64,000 nt of DNA from an uncultured Rickettsiales bacterium. Lineage in GTDB: Bacteria > Pseudomonadota > Alphaproteobacteria > Rickettsiales > RI-342. The notes under the pieces are model-generated. The model had not been told where the DNA came from and did no database searches. It saw only the letters and a list, made by a program, of their open reading frames with translations. The DNA is taken from assembly GCA_964538615.1 (NCBI GenBank), contig CAZIGK010000007.1, forward strand, positions 29,422-93,421, written 5' to 3'. The position numbers were made by a program, and so were the translations under genes. Below, one piece after another: positions 47,012-57,558 of the stretch. Numbering within the stretch: the stretch's first letter is position 1; the number at the start of each line of letters is the position of its first letter.

Positions 47012-50000
47012 CTACGCAGTCGCTTTGTGTATGCCTTGCACTGGGGTGTCATTCAGTGGTTGTTCCAGCCGATGCAGCATCTCTTTGGGGCAGATTTGCC
47101 AGAAATGGTGTTTTTCCCATTCCCATTGCAGCAAAATATTATGTGCCCAGAGAGAATCGGTTTCCGCCACATGCTGTTCAATGAGGCTATGGAGCCTGCT
47201 TTCCCAATAATGGCTGCCGAGACGCTGGTGAATGATGGTTTCCGGGTTGAGTTTTTCCGGTAGTTTTTGATGTGGATCATAGAGAAACGCCATGCCGCCC
47301 GTCATACCAGCACCGAAGTTAATGCCGATATCCCCCAGAATGACCACGGTTCCTCCCGTCATATATTCGCAGCCATTGGTGCCACAGCCTTCCACCACGG
47401 CAGATGCACCGGAGTTGCGCACGGCGAAGCGTTCACCGGCTTGTCCGGCGGCGAATAAGAACCCTGCGGTTGCACCATACAGTACGGTATTGCCGATAAT
47501 GGTGTTTTCCTGTGTCAATAGCACGGAAGACGGGCGAGGGCGCACCACAATGGTGGCACCGGATAAGCCTTTGCCCACGTAATCATTGGCATCGCCGATG
47601 ACTTCAATTTTCAACCCTTGCACGCCAAATGCCCCCAATGATTGCCCGGCAGAGCCACGCAGCTTCAGGGTGATATGGCCGGTATGCAGCGTATTTTGCC
47701 CGTAATGGCGTACCAGATGCGAAGAAAGCCGTGTGCCGATGGAGCGATGGGTATTGCTGATACCATAGGCCAGCTCTACTTTTTCTCCACCGGAAAGGGC
47801 GCGTTTTGCATCCTGCATCATTTGTGCATCCAGCGTGGGGGGAACTTCATTGCGTCCTTGCATGCGGTAGCGTACCGGGCTGGCGCCGGGGTCAGCACGC
47901 ACGAGCAGGGGAGCCAGATCCAGTGCATCCAGATCTTCATGTCCTTGTCCTATCTGTCGCAGCAGGTCAGTGCGACCAACAACCTCATCCAGCGAGCTAT
48001 AACCAAGGGAGGCGAGAATTTCCCGCACTTCTTCTGCGATGAAGCTGAGTAGATTAATGACTTTTTCCACGGAGCCATCAAATTTTGCGCGGAGTTTTTC
48101 ATCCTGCGTGCAAATGCCCACGGGGCAGGTGTTGCTGTGGCATTGACGTACCAGCAGACAACCCATGGCGACCAGCGACAGGGTGCCGATGGCGTATTCT
48201 TCGGCTCCCAGCATGGCGGCGATGACAATATCCCGTCCAGTGCGTAAGCCCCCATCCGTTTGCAGTTTTACCCGGTGCCGCAGGCCATTCAGGGTGAGGA
48301 CCTGATTGGTTTCTGCCAGACCAATTTCCCAAGGCATGCCCGCATATTTTATGGAGGTCATGGGGCTGGCACCCGTGCCACCGGAATGGCCGGAGATGAT
48401 AATCTTATCCGCCATGGCTTTCACCACACCGGCCGCGATGGTGCCGATGCCGGTATTGGATACCAGTTTGACGGAGACCAGGGCATCCGGATTGATTTGT
48501 TTCAGGTCGTAGATAAGCTGCGCCAGATCTTCAATAGAGTAAATATCATGGTGTGGTGGTGGGGAGATGAGCGTTACCCCCGGTGTGGCATGCCGCAGGC
48601 GGCCAATCAGTTCTGTCACTTTAAAGCCGGGTAACTGCCCACCTTCGCCGGGTTTGGCTCCTTGTGCGACTTTGATTTGAATTTCGCTGCAATGGTTGAG
48701 GTAGTCTGCGGTGACACCAAAACGACCGGACGCCACCTGCTTGATGCTGGAATTGGCGTTATCCCCGTTGGGAAGTGGTTGGAAGCGGCGTGCGTCTTCA
48801 CCCCCCTCACCGGAGTTGGAAGCCGCGCCGATGCGATTCATGGCAATGGCCAGTGTTTCGTGGGCTTCCGGGCTTAGGGCGCCCATGGACATAGCGGGAG
48901 CGATAAAGCGTTTGCGTATATCGGTAATGGATTCCACCTTATCCAGCGCAAGGGGCTGGCGGTCACTATCAAAACCCAATAAGTCCCGCAGTTGCATGGG
49001 GGGCTGGGCATAGACTTTTTCGGCATAATTCAGGTAGCTGCGGTATTTGCCAGAGGCGCAGGCTTCCTGTAGCAGGTGGATTAGGGTGCCATCATGGGCG
49101 TGGTGTTCTCCACCGCTGCGAATGCTGTAATATCCCCCGATAGGTAGCGAGAGAGTGGGGCTGTTAAAGGCCTGCTGATGCAATGCCAGCACACGGTTTT
49201 GAATGCCTTTCAACCCAATGCCGGAAATGCGGGAAGCAATGCCGGGGAAGTAACGCGCCACGAGTGCGCGGGACAAGCCAATGGCTTCAAAATTTTTGCC
49301 GCCACGGTACGAGCTGATGATGGAAATACCCATCTTTGACATGATTTTTAACAGGCCGTCCGAAATGGCTTTTTTGTAGTTCAACAAAAGTTGTTCCAGA
49401 GAAAGCTGGCTAAGTAGCCCTGCTTTATGACGTTTCACCAGCGTGGCTTCCGCCAGCCATGCGTTAACGGCGGTGGCGCCCAGACCAATTAAGACAGCGA
49501 AGTGATGGGCATCTAGACAATCTGAGGCGCGAACAATCAGTGAAGATTGTTTGCGTACACCGCGTTCGACCAGGTGCGTATGCACCGCACTGGCCGCCAG
49601 AATGGAGGGAATGGCGCAGCGTTCGGCATTCATGGATTCATCGGATAGAATAAAATCGGTGCGGCCTGCTTTAATACCGGCATCCACCGCCTTTAGCAGT
49701 TGGTTTAATCCCGCTTCCAGCAGGTTGCCTTTACCCTGCGCAGGGAAGGTCGCATCCAGCACGGTGATGGTTGTGGCAAGCTTCTGCTTCAGCGCGTCCA
49801 TATCCGCATTTAGCACGACCGGGGTTTTGAGCAACAGCAGGCCGCATTGCTCTGGATTTTCTTCCAGAATATTGCCACGGTTGCCGATGCGGGTGTAGAG
49901 CGACATGACTCCACGCTCCCGGATAGGGTCTATGGGCGGGTTGGTTACCTGACTGAAATGTTGCCGGAAAAAGGGAGCCAGCCCACGGTAATGTTTAGCC

Positions 50001-51535
50001 AACACAGCGATGGGAGTATCATCCCCCATGGAGCCAACGGCTTCTTTACCATCCCGTGCCATGGGGGTGAGGATGTGCTCCATATCCTCTCGTGTCAGGC
50101 CAGCGGCACGTTGTAGCCGGGTCATGGTGTCTTCCTGAATGCGGGAAGAGAACTCCGTGGCTGTGGCGGGAGGCACGTGCAGAAGTTCAACATTCTTTGC
50201 CCATTCCGCATAGGGCTGGCGTGCAGCCAGACGATCCAGCAGGGCAGGGTAGTCATAGAACTTGCCGTCTTCCAGATGCACAGCAATCATCTCGCCGGGG
50301 CCAAGTTTGCCATTTTTCAGTACCTCGGCATCTTTCACTGGTACCATGCCGGATTCGGAACCCACCAATAGCAGGCCATCGCTGGTGATGCTATAGCGCA
50401 AGGGGCGCAGGCCGCTTCGATCCAGCCCTGCTAATAGCCAGGTACCATCGGTGGCGGCCAGTGCTGCCGGGCCATCCCACGGTGCCATCACGCAGTTGGC
50501 ATAATTGAACAGGCCTTTATGCTCCTCCGATAATTGCTGGCCGCGTGACCATGCGGGGGGAACCATAATGGCTTTGACCATGGGGAGTTCGCGTCCGGCA
50601 CGAATCAGCAGTTCCATCACCACATCCAGACAGCCGGTATCGGACAGGTTCCCCTGCACCACGGGCACAATATCTCCCATATGCTTGCCGAAAAGAGGGC
50701 TGGCGATATTGGCTTCATGGCTTTTCATCCATGCGACATTGCCTTTGACGGTATTGATCTCGCCATTATGGGCGACAATACGGAAAGGTTGCGCCAATGG
50801 CCATACCGGTGCGGTATTGGTGGAAAAACGCTGGTGGAAAATGGCAAAACGGCTGATGAAGCGTGTATCCTGCAGGTCAGGGTAAAAATCTTCCAATTGT
50901 TCTGCTTTAAACAAACCTTTGTAGATAATGGAGCGGCAGGAGAGGGAGCAGATATAGAAATCCCGTACCGATTGCGCGTGTGCTTCTTTTTCTATGCGGC
51001 GGCGGATGAGGTAGAGGTTGCGTTCAAATTGTTCGGTGGCTTCGTTTTTTTTGCCGGAAAGGAGGATTTGCGCAATTTCGGGGCGGGTATTGTTGGCCTC
51101 TTCCCCGATGACTTCCGGGTTGACGGGCACTTGCCGCCAGCAAAGAATTTCGTAGCCGAGGCGTAAAATTTCCTGCTCCACCAGCGTGCGGCAACGTTCC
51201 TGCATGGCGAAATCACGACGGGGGAGGAACAGCATGCCCACCGCATACGGGTGGTTGTTGGGAAGTTTTTTGCCATGGCGTTCCAGCTCGGAGCGAAAGA
51301 AGGCTTCCGGTAATTGCAGGTGGATACCCGCGCCATCCCCGGTTTTGCCGTCTGCATTCACTGCCCCCCGGTGCCAGACCGCTTTCAGGGCAGCAATGGC
51401 AGATTCCACCACCTGACGGCGTGGCTGGCCATCCAGTGCGGCGATACAGCCGACGCCACAGGCATCGCGTTCATCTTCCGGGCGGTAGAGGCCGTGGGTT
51501 TGCAGGTGCGTTTGCAGGTGAGGTTGGTAGGTCAT
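47012..51535 (-). CDS. gltB: glutamate synthase (NADPH) large subunit
   Basis: 1507 aa. Short propeptide, then the CGVG amidotransferase Cys; FMN and 3Fe-4S domains; C-terminal GXGXG beta-helix domain. Confidence 0.97.
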   Translation of the reverse strand: MTYQPHLQTHLQTHGLYRPEDERDACGVGCIAALDGQPRRQVVESAIAALKAVWHRGAVNADGKTGDGAGIHLQLPEAFFRSELERHGKKLPNNHPYAVGMLFLPRRDFAMQERCRTLVEQEILRLGYEILCWRQVPVNPEVIGEEANNTRPEIAQILLSGKKNEATEQFERNLYLIRRRIEKEAHAQSVRDFYICSLSCRSIIYKGLFKAEQLEDFYPDLQDTRFISRFAIFHQRFSTNTAPVWPLAQPFRIVAHNGEINTVKGNVAWMKSHEANIASPLFGKHMGDIVPVVQGNLSDTGCLDVVMELLIRAGRELPMVKAIMVPPAWSRGQQLSEEHKGLFNYANCVMAPWDGPAALAATDGTWLLAGLDRSGLRPLRYSITSDGLLLVGSESGMVPVKDAEVLKNGKLGPGEMIAVHLEDGKFYDYPALLDRLAARQPYAEWAKNVELLHVPPATATEFSSRIQEDTMTRLQRAAGLTREDMEHILTPMARDGKEAVGSMGDDTPIAVLAKHYRGLAPFFRQHFSQVTNPPIDPIRERGVMSLYTRIGNRGNILEENPEQCGLLLLKTPVVLNADMDALKQKLATTITVLDATFPAQGKGNLLEAGLNQLLKAVDAGIKAGRTDFILSDESMNAERCAIPSILAASAVHTHLVERGVRKQSSLIVRASDCLDAHHFAVLIGLGATAVNAWLAEATLVKRHKAGLLSQLSLEQLLLNYKKAISDGLLKIMSKMGISIISSYRGGKNFEAIGLSRALVARYFPGIASRISGIGLKGIQNRVLALHQQAFNSPTLSLPIGGYYSIRSGGEHHAHDGTLIHLLQEACASGKYRSYLNYAEKVYAQPPMQLRDLLGFDSDRQPLALDKVESITDIRKRFIAPAMSMGALSPEAHETLAIAMNRIGAASNSGEGGEDARRFQPLPNGDNANSSIKQVASGRFGVTADYLNHCSEIQIKVAQGAKPGEGGQLPGFKVTELIGRLRHATPGVTLISPPPHHDIYSIEDLAQLIYDLKQINPDALVSVKLVSNTGIGTIAAGVVKAMADKIIISGHSGGTGASPMTSIKYAGMPWEIGLAETNQVLTLNGLRHRVKLQTDGGLRTGRDIVIAAMLGAEEYAIGTLSLVAMGCLLVRQCHSNTCPVGICTQDEKLRAKFDGSVEKVINLLSFIAEEVREILASLGYSSLDEVVGRTDLLRQIGQGHEDLDALDLAPLLVRADPGASPVRYRMQGRNEVPPTLDAQMMQDAKRALSGGEKVELAYGISNTHRSIGTRLSSHLVRHYGQNTLHTGHITLKLRGSAGQSLGAFGVQGLKIEVIGDANDYVGKGLSGATIVVRPRPSSVLLTQENTIIGNTVLYGATAGFLFAAGQAGERFAVRNSGASAVVEGCGTNGCEYMTGGTVVILGDIGINFGAGMTGGMAFLYDPHQKLPEKLNPETIIHQRLGSHYWESRLHSLIEQHVAETDSLWAHNILLQWEWEKHHFWQICPKEMLHRLEQPLNDTPVQGIHKATA

Positions 51536-51684
51536 GGTTTGCCTCCTGTCGATAGGGTCGCGTTATGCCCGCGCAGACGGGCGTTCACGTGTTTTGGTCG
51601 TAACTGTTTGGAACAAGTTGCTGAGGTATGGTTTTTGATCATAAAATGGATGGGTGTTTCAGGATGGCGGGTTTTGTTGTGCGG

Positions 51685-51710
51685 GGATGTCCACCTGTGC
51701 GGGCATGACG
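51685..51710. repeat. degenerate member of the GGATxCC...GGxATGAC palindromic element family
   Basis: GGATGTCCACctgtGCGGGCATGACG in the 213-bp gltD-gltB spacer. Confidence 0.5.
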
Positions 51711-51748
51711 GGGGAAGACCGTGTAGTAGCAAGGGTGAGGGAGATGAC

Positions 51749-53167
51749 TCACGCGGCTTTGCGAGAACTGTGGTGTTGGCTCATGTAATGCAGCATTGCA
51801 TCCGCCGCTTCCCGACCATCGCGGATGGCCCAGACCACCAGTGACGCGCCGCGCACGATGTCTCCTGCGGCAAATACGCCAGATAAGTGGGTCATATTTT
51901 GGGTATCCACTTTTAGGGTTCCCCATGGGCTGACCTGTAAAGCAGGTTCATTCCACAGGGTCGGCAGGTTATCGGCGTCGAAGCCGAGGGCGCAGATGAC
52001 CAGATCCGCTTCCAGAGTATATTCACCATCCGGTACGGGTTCCGGTTTCTGGCGTCCAGAGGCATCCACTGCACCAAGGCGCATGGGTTGCACCATCAGG
52101 CCGCGTACAGCGCCATCCCCCAGAAAAGCTTTGGGCGCAGAGAGCCATTTGAACTGCACGCCCTCCTGTTCCGCATGCCAGACTTCTTTTTGGCTGCCGG
52201 GCATGTTTTGCCGGTCACGGCGGTAGAGGCAGGTCACAGAGGTTGCCCCCTGACGGATGGAGGTGCGCACACAATCCATGGCGGTATCACCACCGCCAAT
52301 GACCACCACTTTTTTACCTTCCGCATTCAGCGTGCCGGCATCAAATGCGGCAACTGTATCTCCCAGACCTTTGCGGTTGCTGGCAGTCAGAAAGTCCATG
52401 GCAGGAACAATATTCTTCAGGTTCGCGTTGGGGATACTCAGTTCCCGTGCTTTATAGACACCGGTGGCAATCAGAAGGCTATCGTGCTGTTGGCGTAACT
52501 GCGCCAGCGTATGGGTAGAGCCAATGTCAGCTCCCAGCACAAACTGTACGCCACTTTGTTCCATCCATTCCCGGCGGCGCAGCACAATTTGCTTATCCAG
52601 TTTGAAGTTGGGAATACCGTAGATAAGAAGCCCGCCCACGCGGTCGTAGCGGTCATAGACCGTGACGCTGCACCCGGCACGGCGCAAGCGTTCTGCCGCA
52701 GCAAGACCCGCCGGACCCGCACCGATAATGCCCACAGAATAGTTGTTTTCTTCTGCGGGAGTGAAGGGCTCTACCCAGCCTTCCGCAAAAGCGGTATCGG
52801 TGAGGAACTTCTCAATGGCGCCAATGGTAATGGCGTTGAAGTCTTTATTGACCACACAGTTACCTTCGCACAGGCGGTCTTGCGGGCAAATACGGCCGCA
52901 AATTTCCGGGAAAGTGTTGGTTGCGGCGGAGGTTTGATAGGCTTCTTTCAGGCGGCCTTCTGCGGTTAGCATTAACCAGTCCGGAATATTATTTTGCAGG
53001 GGGCAGTGCACATGGCAGAAGGGAACGCCGCATTGCGAACAACGGGAGGCTTGTTCTTCCGCCTTCTCCCGATGGTAGCCGGCATAGATTTCCTGAAAAT
53101 CCTCCCGACGTTCCATGGCGGCGCGCAATTCGGGGTAGGATTGTTGGATTTCCGCAAATTTTAGCAT
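51749..53167 (-). CDS. gltD: glutamate synthase (NADPH) small subunit
   Basis: 472 aa: CSQCGVPFC...CPLQNNIPDW (Fe-S), VGIIGAGPAGLAAA (FAD/NAD Rossmann), VVVIGGGDTAMDC. Confidence 0.95.
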   Translation of the reverse strand: MLKFAEIQQSYPELRAAMERREDFQEIYAGYHREKAEEQASRCSQCGVPFCHVHCPLQNNIPDWLMLTAEGRLKEAYQTSAATNTFPEICGRICPQDRLCEGNCVVNKDFNAITIGAIEKFLTDTAFAEGWVEPFTPAEENNYSVGIIGAGPAGLAAAERLRRAGCSVTVYDRYDRVGGLLIYGIPNFKLDKQIVLRRREWMEQSGVQFVLGADIGSTHTLAQLRQQHDSLLIATGVYKARELSIPNANLKNIVPAMDFLTASNRKGLGDTVAAFDAGTLNAEGKKVVVIGGGDTAMDCVRTSIRQGATSVTCLYRRDRQNMPGSQKEVWHAEQEGVQFKWLSAPKAFLGDGAVRGLMVQPMRLGAVDASGRQKPEPVPDGEYTLEADLVICALGFDADNLPTLWNEPALQVSPWGTLKVDTQNMTHLSGVFAAGDIVRGASLVVWAIRDGREAADAMLHYMSQHHSSRKAA

Positions 53168-53331
53168 GGTGCATCCCTGTTGGGTATTTTCATCGTTAAG
53201 GGATGCAACAGATTACAGGGTGCGGTGCAGCTTGGCTAGGAAAAATAAACATAGCGTGATGACGCTATCTCTAACACAGCACCGGATGCCCATTGCCCCC
53301 GGTGCTGTGAAACGTTCATGCGGTGATGCAA

Positions 53332-53577
53332 TCAGGCTGCTTCGTGCTTCTTCAGCATTGCAACAATCTGGTCTTCCAGTAACAGGCGTTCTTTTTTCAG
53401 TTTGCCCAATTCTTCATCGGAAGCGGTTTCAATGTGCTGTTCAATGCGCACAATGTTTTTATCCAGTTGGTGGTACTGATCCAGCAGGCGGGCAAAATGG
53501 GGGTCGCGCATTTTCAGGCTATGAATTGCTTCATGGTATTCTGGCAGCAGGCTGCTGATATCGTGATGGTTTGGCAT
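53332..53577 (-). CDS. DUF465 (YdcH-like) domain protein
   Basis: The track ORF runs to 53625; ATG 53577 gives 81 aa: MPNHHDISSLLPEYHEAIHSLKMRDPHFARLLDQYHQLDKNIVRIE...LGKLKKERLLLEDQI. Confidence 0.7.
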   Translation of the reverse strand: MPNHHDISSLLPEYHEAIHSLKMRDPHFARLLDQYHQLDKNIVRIEQHIETASDEELGKLKKERLLLEDQIVAMLKKHEAA

Positions 53578-53761
53578 GGCAAAGGAACCTCTGGTTGGGA
53601 GCGAATAAGGCGCATATGCTACCATGAGCAGGCGCCCTAGCCGTGATGCATGTCACAAGGCGCATAAAATGAGCATTAGTTTCCGGGGAGGAGATGCTGT
53701 TTAGGTGGTTTTTTTCACAGCCGAGACTGTGGCGGGCGCCTCTGCAATCGGCTGTGGGCGG

Positions 53762-54601
53762 TCACGGCTGCTGTGTGTAGTGCCCGGTGTTGGCCACGGC
53801 TTCCAGCCGTTGTGCCAGAAACTGACCGCTTTCCTGCGCGGGTTCTGCCAGTGCTTTTGGTGCATTCAGTACCAGCACGCCGCTACCGAGCATTCCGCGT
53901 CCGCTATCCCGCGGTTCATGGGTGCGCAATTCGCTCAGCAGAGTATCCCGTGGGAGCAATTGTTGCAGGGCTTTTACCATGGGCAGGTGATAGCCTGCGG
54001 GTAGAATAGGGTACCATACCGCAATGATAGCCCGTGGTGCCTGTTGCAACATATAATCAACCGTTTCAACGGTTTGTTGATATTCCTGTTTTACTTCAAA
54101 GCTGGGGTCAATGAGGATCAGGTTTTTCTGGTTGGCATCCAGTAGTTCCGGCACCTGATCATGTCCATTGCGGTAGAATAACCGCACATGACGATGTGGC
54201 GCGAAACAGCGTTTAAGTGCATCAAACTCTCTGGGGTGAAGCTCACACAGATGAAGGGGGTCATGTTTGCGTAGCAGTTGTAACGCAATCCATGGAGAGC
54301 CGGGGTAGCTGAGCAATAACCCGCGCTCATTCATGCCACGTACAACCCCCAGAAGCTTTTTGACCCCGAACGGCAGCAAATGTGGTGGCAAAAGCCATAA
54401 GCGGTTGATGCCCTGCATGAATTCTGCATTGCGCTTTGCTTCGGGTGCGGTCAGGTCGTAACGGCCACGGCCAGAGTGGGTTTCAAAGTAATGCAGTTGT
54501 TTGCTATCCCGCGTGAGGCTATGCATTAGCAGTGCCAGAATGCTATGCTTATGCACATCTGCGGCGTTGCCCGCATGGTACATATGTTGGTAGCTCAGCA
54601 T
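53762..54601 (-). CDS. rlmJ: 23S rRNA (adenine2030-N6)-methyltransferase RlmJ
   Basis: 279 aa: MLSYQHMYHAGNAADVHKHSIL...YFETHSGRGRYDL...SYPGSPW...LILIDPSFE. Confidence 0.9.
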   Translation of the reverse strand: MLSYQHMYHAGNAADVHKHSILALLMHSLTRDSKQLHYFETHSGRGRYDLTAPEAKRNAEFMQGINRLWLLPPHLLPFGVKKLLGVVRGMNERGLLLSYPGSPWIALQLLRKHDPLHLCELHPREFDALKRCFAPHRHVRLFYRNGHDQVPELLDANQKNLILIDPSFEVKQEYQQTVETVDYMLQQAPRAIIAVWYPILPAGYHLPMVKALQQLLPRDTLLSELRTHEPRDSGRGMLGSGVLVLNAPKALAEPAQESGQFLAQRLEAVANTGHYTQQP

Positions 54602-54797
54602 GGTATCCTGTTCCCCCGGCCGTCATGGTGGTGATAGGAGGCTAACTGTGAGGGCAAAGCGGGAGTGTGGCAAGCAAAACATGCCATGTGCCTGAAAAAG
54701 AAAGCCCATGCGCTTTTGGTGGGTGTGTTGGTGCTGACTCTGTGTTACAACGGCTTCTTCCTTGTGTCCCATTTGCCAGCGTTAGGAGAACATCCCT

Positions 54798-56165
54798 ATG
54801 CCCTATTCCAATGTGTTGCAACTGATTGGTCAGACGCCATTGGTAAAAGTCAACCACTTGGACACAGGCTGTTGTGAACTCTACCTGAAACTGGAAAGTC
54901 AGAACCCCGGTGGCTCCATTAAAGACCGCATTGCGCTTTCTATGATAGAGGCGGCGGAAGCGGATGGTTTACTGAAACCCGGCGGCCTGTTGGTAGAGGC
55001 CACGGCTGGCAACACGGGCTTGGGGTTGGCATTGGTGGCCAGTCAAAAAGGGTATCGGTTGAAGCTGGTGATTCCCGATAAAATGAGTCAGGAAAAAATA
55101 TTCCATGTCAAAGCACTGGGAGCCGAGGTGGTGATAACACGTTCGGATGTTGGAAAGGGGCACCCGGAATATTATCAGGATATGGCAGAGCGCATTGCCA
55201 AAGAGGAAGGTGGATTTTACGTGAATCAATTTTCCAATCCCGCCAACCCACGCACGCACATGCATTCTACCGGGCCGGAAATCTGGCAACAAATGGATGG
55301 CAAGTTGGATGCGATGGTCGTGGGAGTGGGCTCCGGTGGCACCCTGACCGGCTTAGGGCGATATTTTAAGCAAATATCCGGTGGGGCAGTAGAAATGGTG
55401 CTGGCAGACCCGAAAGGATCCATTCTGGCGCCGTATGTGCAGGATGGTGTGATGATAGAGCCGGGGAGCTGGCTGGTAGAGGGTATTGGAGAAGATTTTA
55501 TTCCTGATAATTGCGATCTCTCTCTGGTTGGTCAGGCCTATAGTATTGGTGATGACGAGGCCATTGCCACTTCCCGCGAGGTGTTGGCGAAGGAAGGCAT
55601 ATTATGCGGTTCATCCTCCGGCACATTGATAGCGGCAGCGTTAAAATATTGTCGGGAACAGAGCGCCCCTAAACGCGTAGTGACACTGGTCTGTGATACG
55701 GGGGGGAAGTATTTGTCTAAAATATATAACGAATACTGGCTGGATGACCATGGCATGATGGCACACCCGATGCACCATGATTTGCGGGATTTGATTGCGC
55801 GCCCACATACCCGGCACGGGGTGGTCGTTGCGCATCCGGGGGATACGCTGGGAGCAGCGTACCGAAAAATGAAGATGCACGATGTTTCCCAATTACCGGT
55901 GATGCATGGAGAAAAACTGCTGGGGTTGCTGGATGAGACAGATATTTTGCTGTGTATTATGGATAACCCGGCAGGGTTTCACATGAAAGTGGCGGATGCA
56001 ATGGTGACAGAGCTGGTGACGATTCAGGCCGGAGAACCTATGGAGTCTCTGCTGCCGGTCTTTCGTAGAGGGTTTGTGGCGATTGTACTGGAGGGAGAGC
56101 GGTTTTTAGGCCTCATCACCCCCATTGATCTGTTGAAATATCTGCGGTTACGTACTGCGCAGTAA
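54798..56165 (+). CDS. cystathionine beta-synthase (PLP fold type II plus C-terminal CBS-domain pair)
   Basis: 455 aa: LKLESQNPGGSIKDRIAL (PLP Lys), ATAGNTGLGLA, GVGSGGTLTG, GSSSG. The C-terminal ~120 aa hold two CBS motifs. Confidence 0.85.
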   Translation: MPYSNVLQLIGQTPLVKVNHLDTGCCELYLKLESQNPGGSIKDRIALSMIEAAEADGLLKPGGLLVEATAGNTGLGLALVASQKGYRLKLVIPDKMSQEKIFHVKALGAEVVITRSDVGKGHPEYYQDMAERIAKEEGGFYVNQFSNPANPRTHMHSTGPEIWQQMDGKLDAMVVGVGSGGTLTGLGRYFKQISGGAVEMVLADPKGSILAPYVQDGVMIEPGSWLVEGIGEDFIPDNCDLSLVGQAYSIGDDEAIATSREVLAKEGILCGSSSGTLIAAALKYCREQSAPKRVVTLVCDTGGKYLSKIYNEYWLDDHGMMAHPMHHDLRDLIARPHTRHGVVVAHPGDTLGAAYRKMKMHDVSQLPVMHGEKLLGLLDETDILLCIMDNPAGFHMKVADAMVTELVTIQAGEPMESLLPVFRRGFVAIVLEGERFLGLITPIDLLKYLRLRTAQ

Positions 56166-56188
56166 CCTATTGTAGAGGATGTGTTTAT

Positions 56189-57406
56189 ATGAGCTATCGT
56201 GATGTCTCGCATGCAGCTTACCCCGCAGCCAACCAAGCACTGGAACATGATCACACCGCACATGCGGGGTTTGATACGAAGGCGATTCATGCCGGGCAAT
56301 TTCCTGATCCGGCAACGGGTGCTGTGATTACCCCCATTTACGCCACCTCTACCTACAAACAGCCGGAACCGGGTGTGCATATGGGCTTGGATTATTCTCG
56401 CAGTCATAACCCCACACGTTTTGCCTATGAGCGTGCTATTGCCGCTTTGGAAGGTGGAAAAGCTGGATTTGCCTTCGCTTCGGGTATGGCAGCCGCCGCA
56501 GCCGTGCTGGAGTTGCTACCTGCGGGTAGCCATGTCATTGCGACCGATGATTTGTATGGTGGTACATATCGGTTGTTTGAACGGGTGCGCAAAAGCAGTG
56601 CCAACCTGTCTGTCACCTATGTGGATGTGGCGGATGTGCAGGCCGTGACTGCGGCAATTCAGCCTAATACGCGCATGCTGTGGGTTGAAACTCCCACTAA
56701 CCCGCTACTGAAACTGGCGGATTTGGCAGCGTTAGCGGATATTGCAGGGAAAGCCAATCTATTGCGTGTGGCGGATAATACTTTTGCCAGCCCGTATTTG
56801 CAACAACCACTGGCGTTGGGGTTTGATGTAGTGCTGCATTCCGCCACCAAATACATCAATGGCCATTCCGATGTCGTGGGGGGAGTATTGGTAGCGGGAA
56901 CCGATGCGCTGGCAGAGCAGATAGGGTTTATGCAGAATGCGACAGGAGCCATTGCCGGGCCGTTTGATAGTTTTCTGGCGCATCGAGGGCTGAAGACGTT
57001 GGGATTGCGTATGCGTCAGCATTGCGAAAATGCGCAGATTCTGGCGGAATGGCTGGAGACGCATCCTGCTATTGAACGGGTTATTTACCCCGGACTGCCC
57101 AGCCACCCGCAGCATGCGATTGCGGTAAAGCAGATGCGGGCAGGGGGCGGCATGATTTCCGCCATTGTGAAGGGAGGAGAAGCCGCAGCCCGACAGATGT
57201 TGAGCCGCTGCCGAGTGTTTACGCTGGCGGAATCGCTGGGTGGCATTGAAAGCCTGATTGAGCATCCGGCTATCATGACCCATGCTTCCATTCCTACAGC
57301 GGTACGCCGCAAGATAGGCATTGACGATGGATTGATTCGCCTCTCTGTCGGCATTGAGGATGTCGAGGATCTTCAGGCTGATTTGCAGCAGTCGTTGATG
57401 CGTTAA
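56189..57406 (+). CDS. cystathionine gamma-lyase / trans-sulfuration PLP enzyme (Cys/Met metabolism family)
   Basis: 405 aa: YSRSHNPTR, DDLYGGTYRLF, HSATKYINGHSDVVGG (PLP Lys), FTLAESLGGIESLIEHPAIMTH. Confidence 0.85.
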   Translation: MSYRDVSHAAYPAANQALEHDHTAHAGFDTKAIHAGQFPDPATGAVITPIYATSTYKQPEPGVHMGLDYSRSHNPTRFAYERAIAALEGGKAGFAFASGMAAAAAVLELLPAGSHVIATDDLYGGTYRLFERVRKSSANLSVTYVDVADVQAVTAAIQPNTRMLWVETPTNPLLKLADLAALADIAGKANLLRVADNTFASPYLQQPLALGFDVVLHSATKYINGHSDVVGGVLVAGTDALAEQIGFMQNATGAIAGPFDSFLAHRGLKTLGLRMRQHCENAQILAEWLETHPAIERVIYPGLPSHPQHAIAVKQMRAGGGMISAIVKGGEAAARQMLSRCRVFTLAESLGGIESLIEHPAIMTHASIPTAVRRKIGIDDGLIRLSVGIEDVEDLQADLQQSLMR

Positions 57407-57558
57407 ACACGTTGGTTGGCGCAGATTAGACGCATTTTTTTGTTCTATGGCAGGTGATTGCTGTACGTATGGTTTACATGCAAAACGCATGGCAAGCTTG
57501 GTAATGCGCGCCATCCACGATAGCGTGGCATAGGTCATGAAAATTTCATGCTTCTGTC

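Noticed and set aside
54602-54797. Possible SAM/Met-type riboswitch or leader peptide upstream of the CBS-CGL genes. The 196-bp spacer has a 15-codon ORF after GGAGG and a 70-aa track ORF.
   Set aside because: I found no match to the SAM-II/SAM-V cores I remember and no terminator or anti-terminator pair. The ORFs run into the CBS coding region out of frame.
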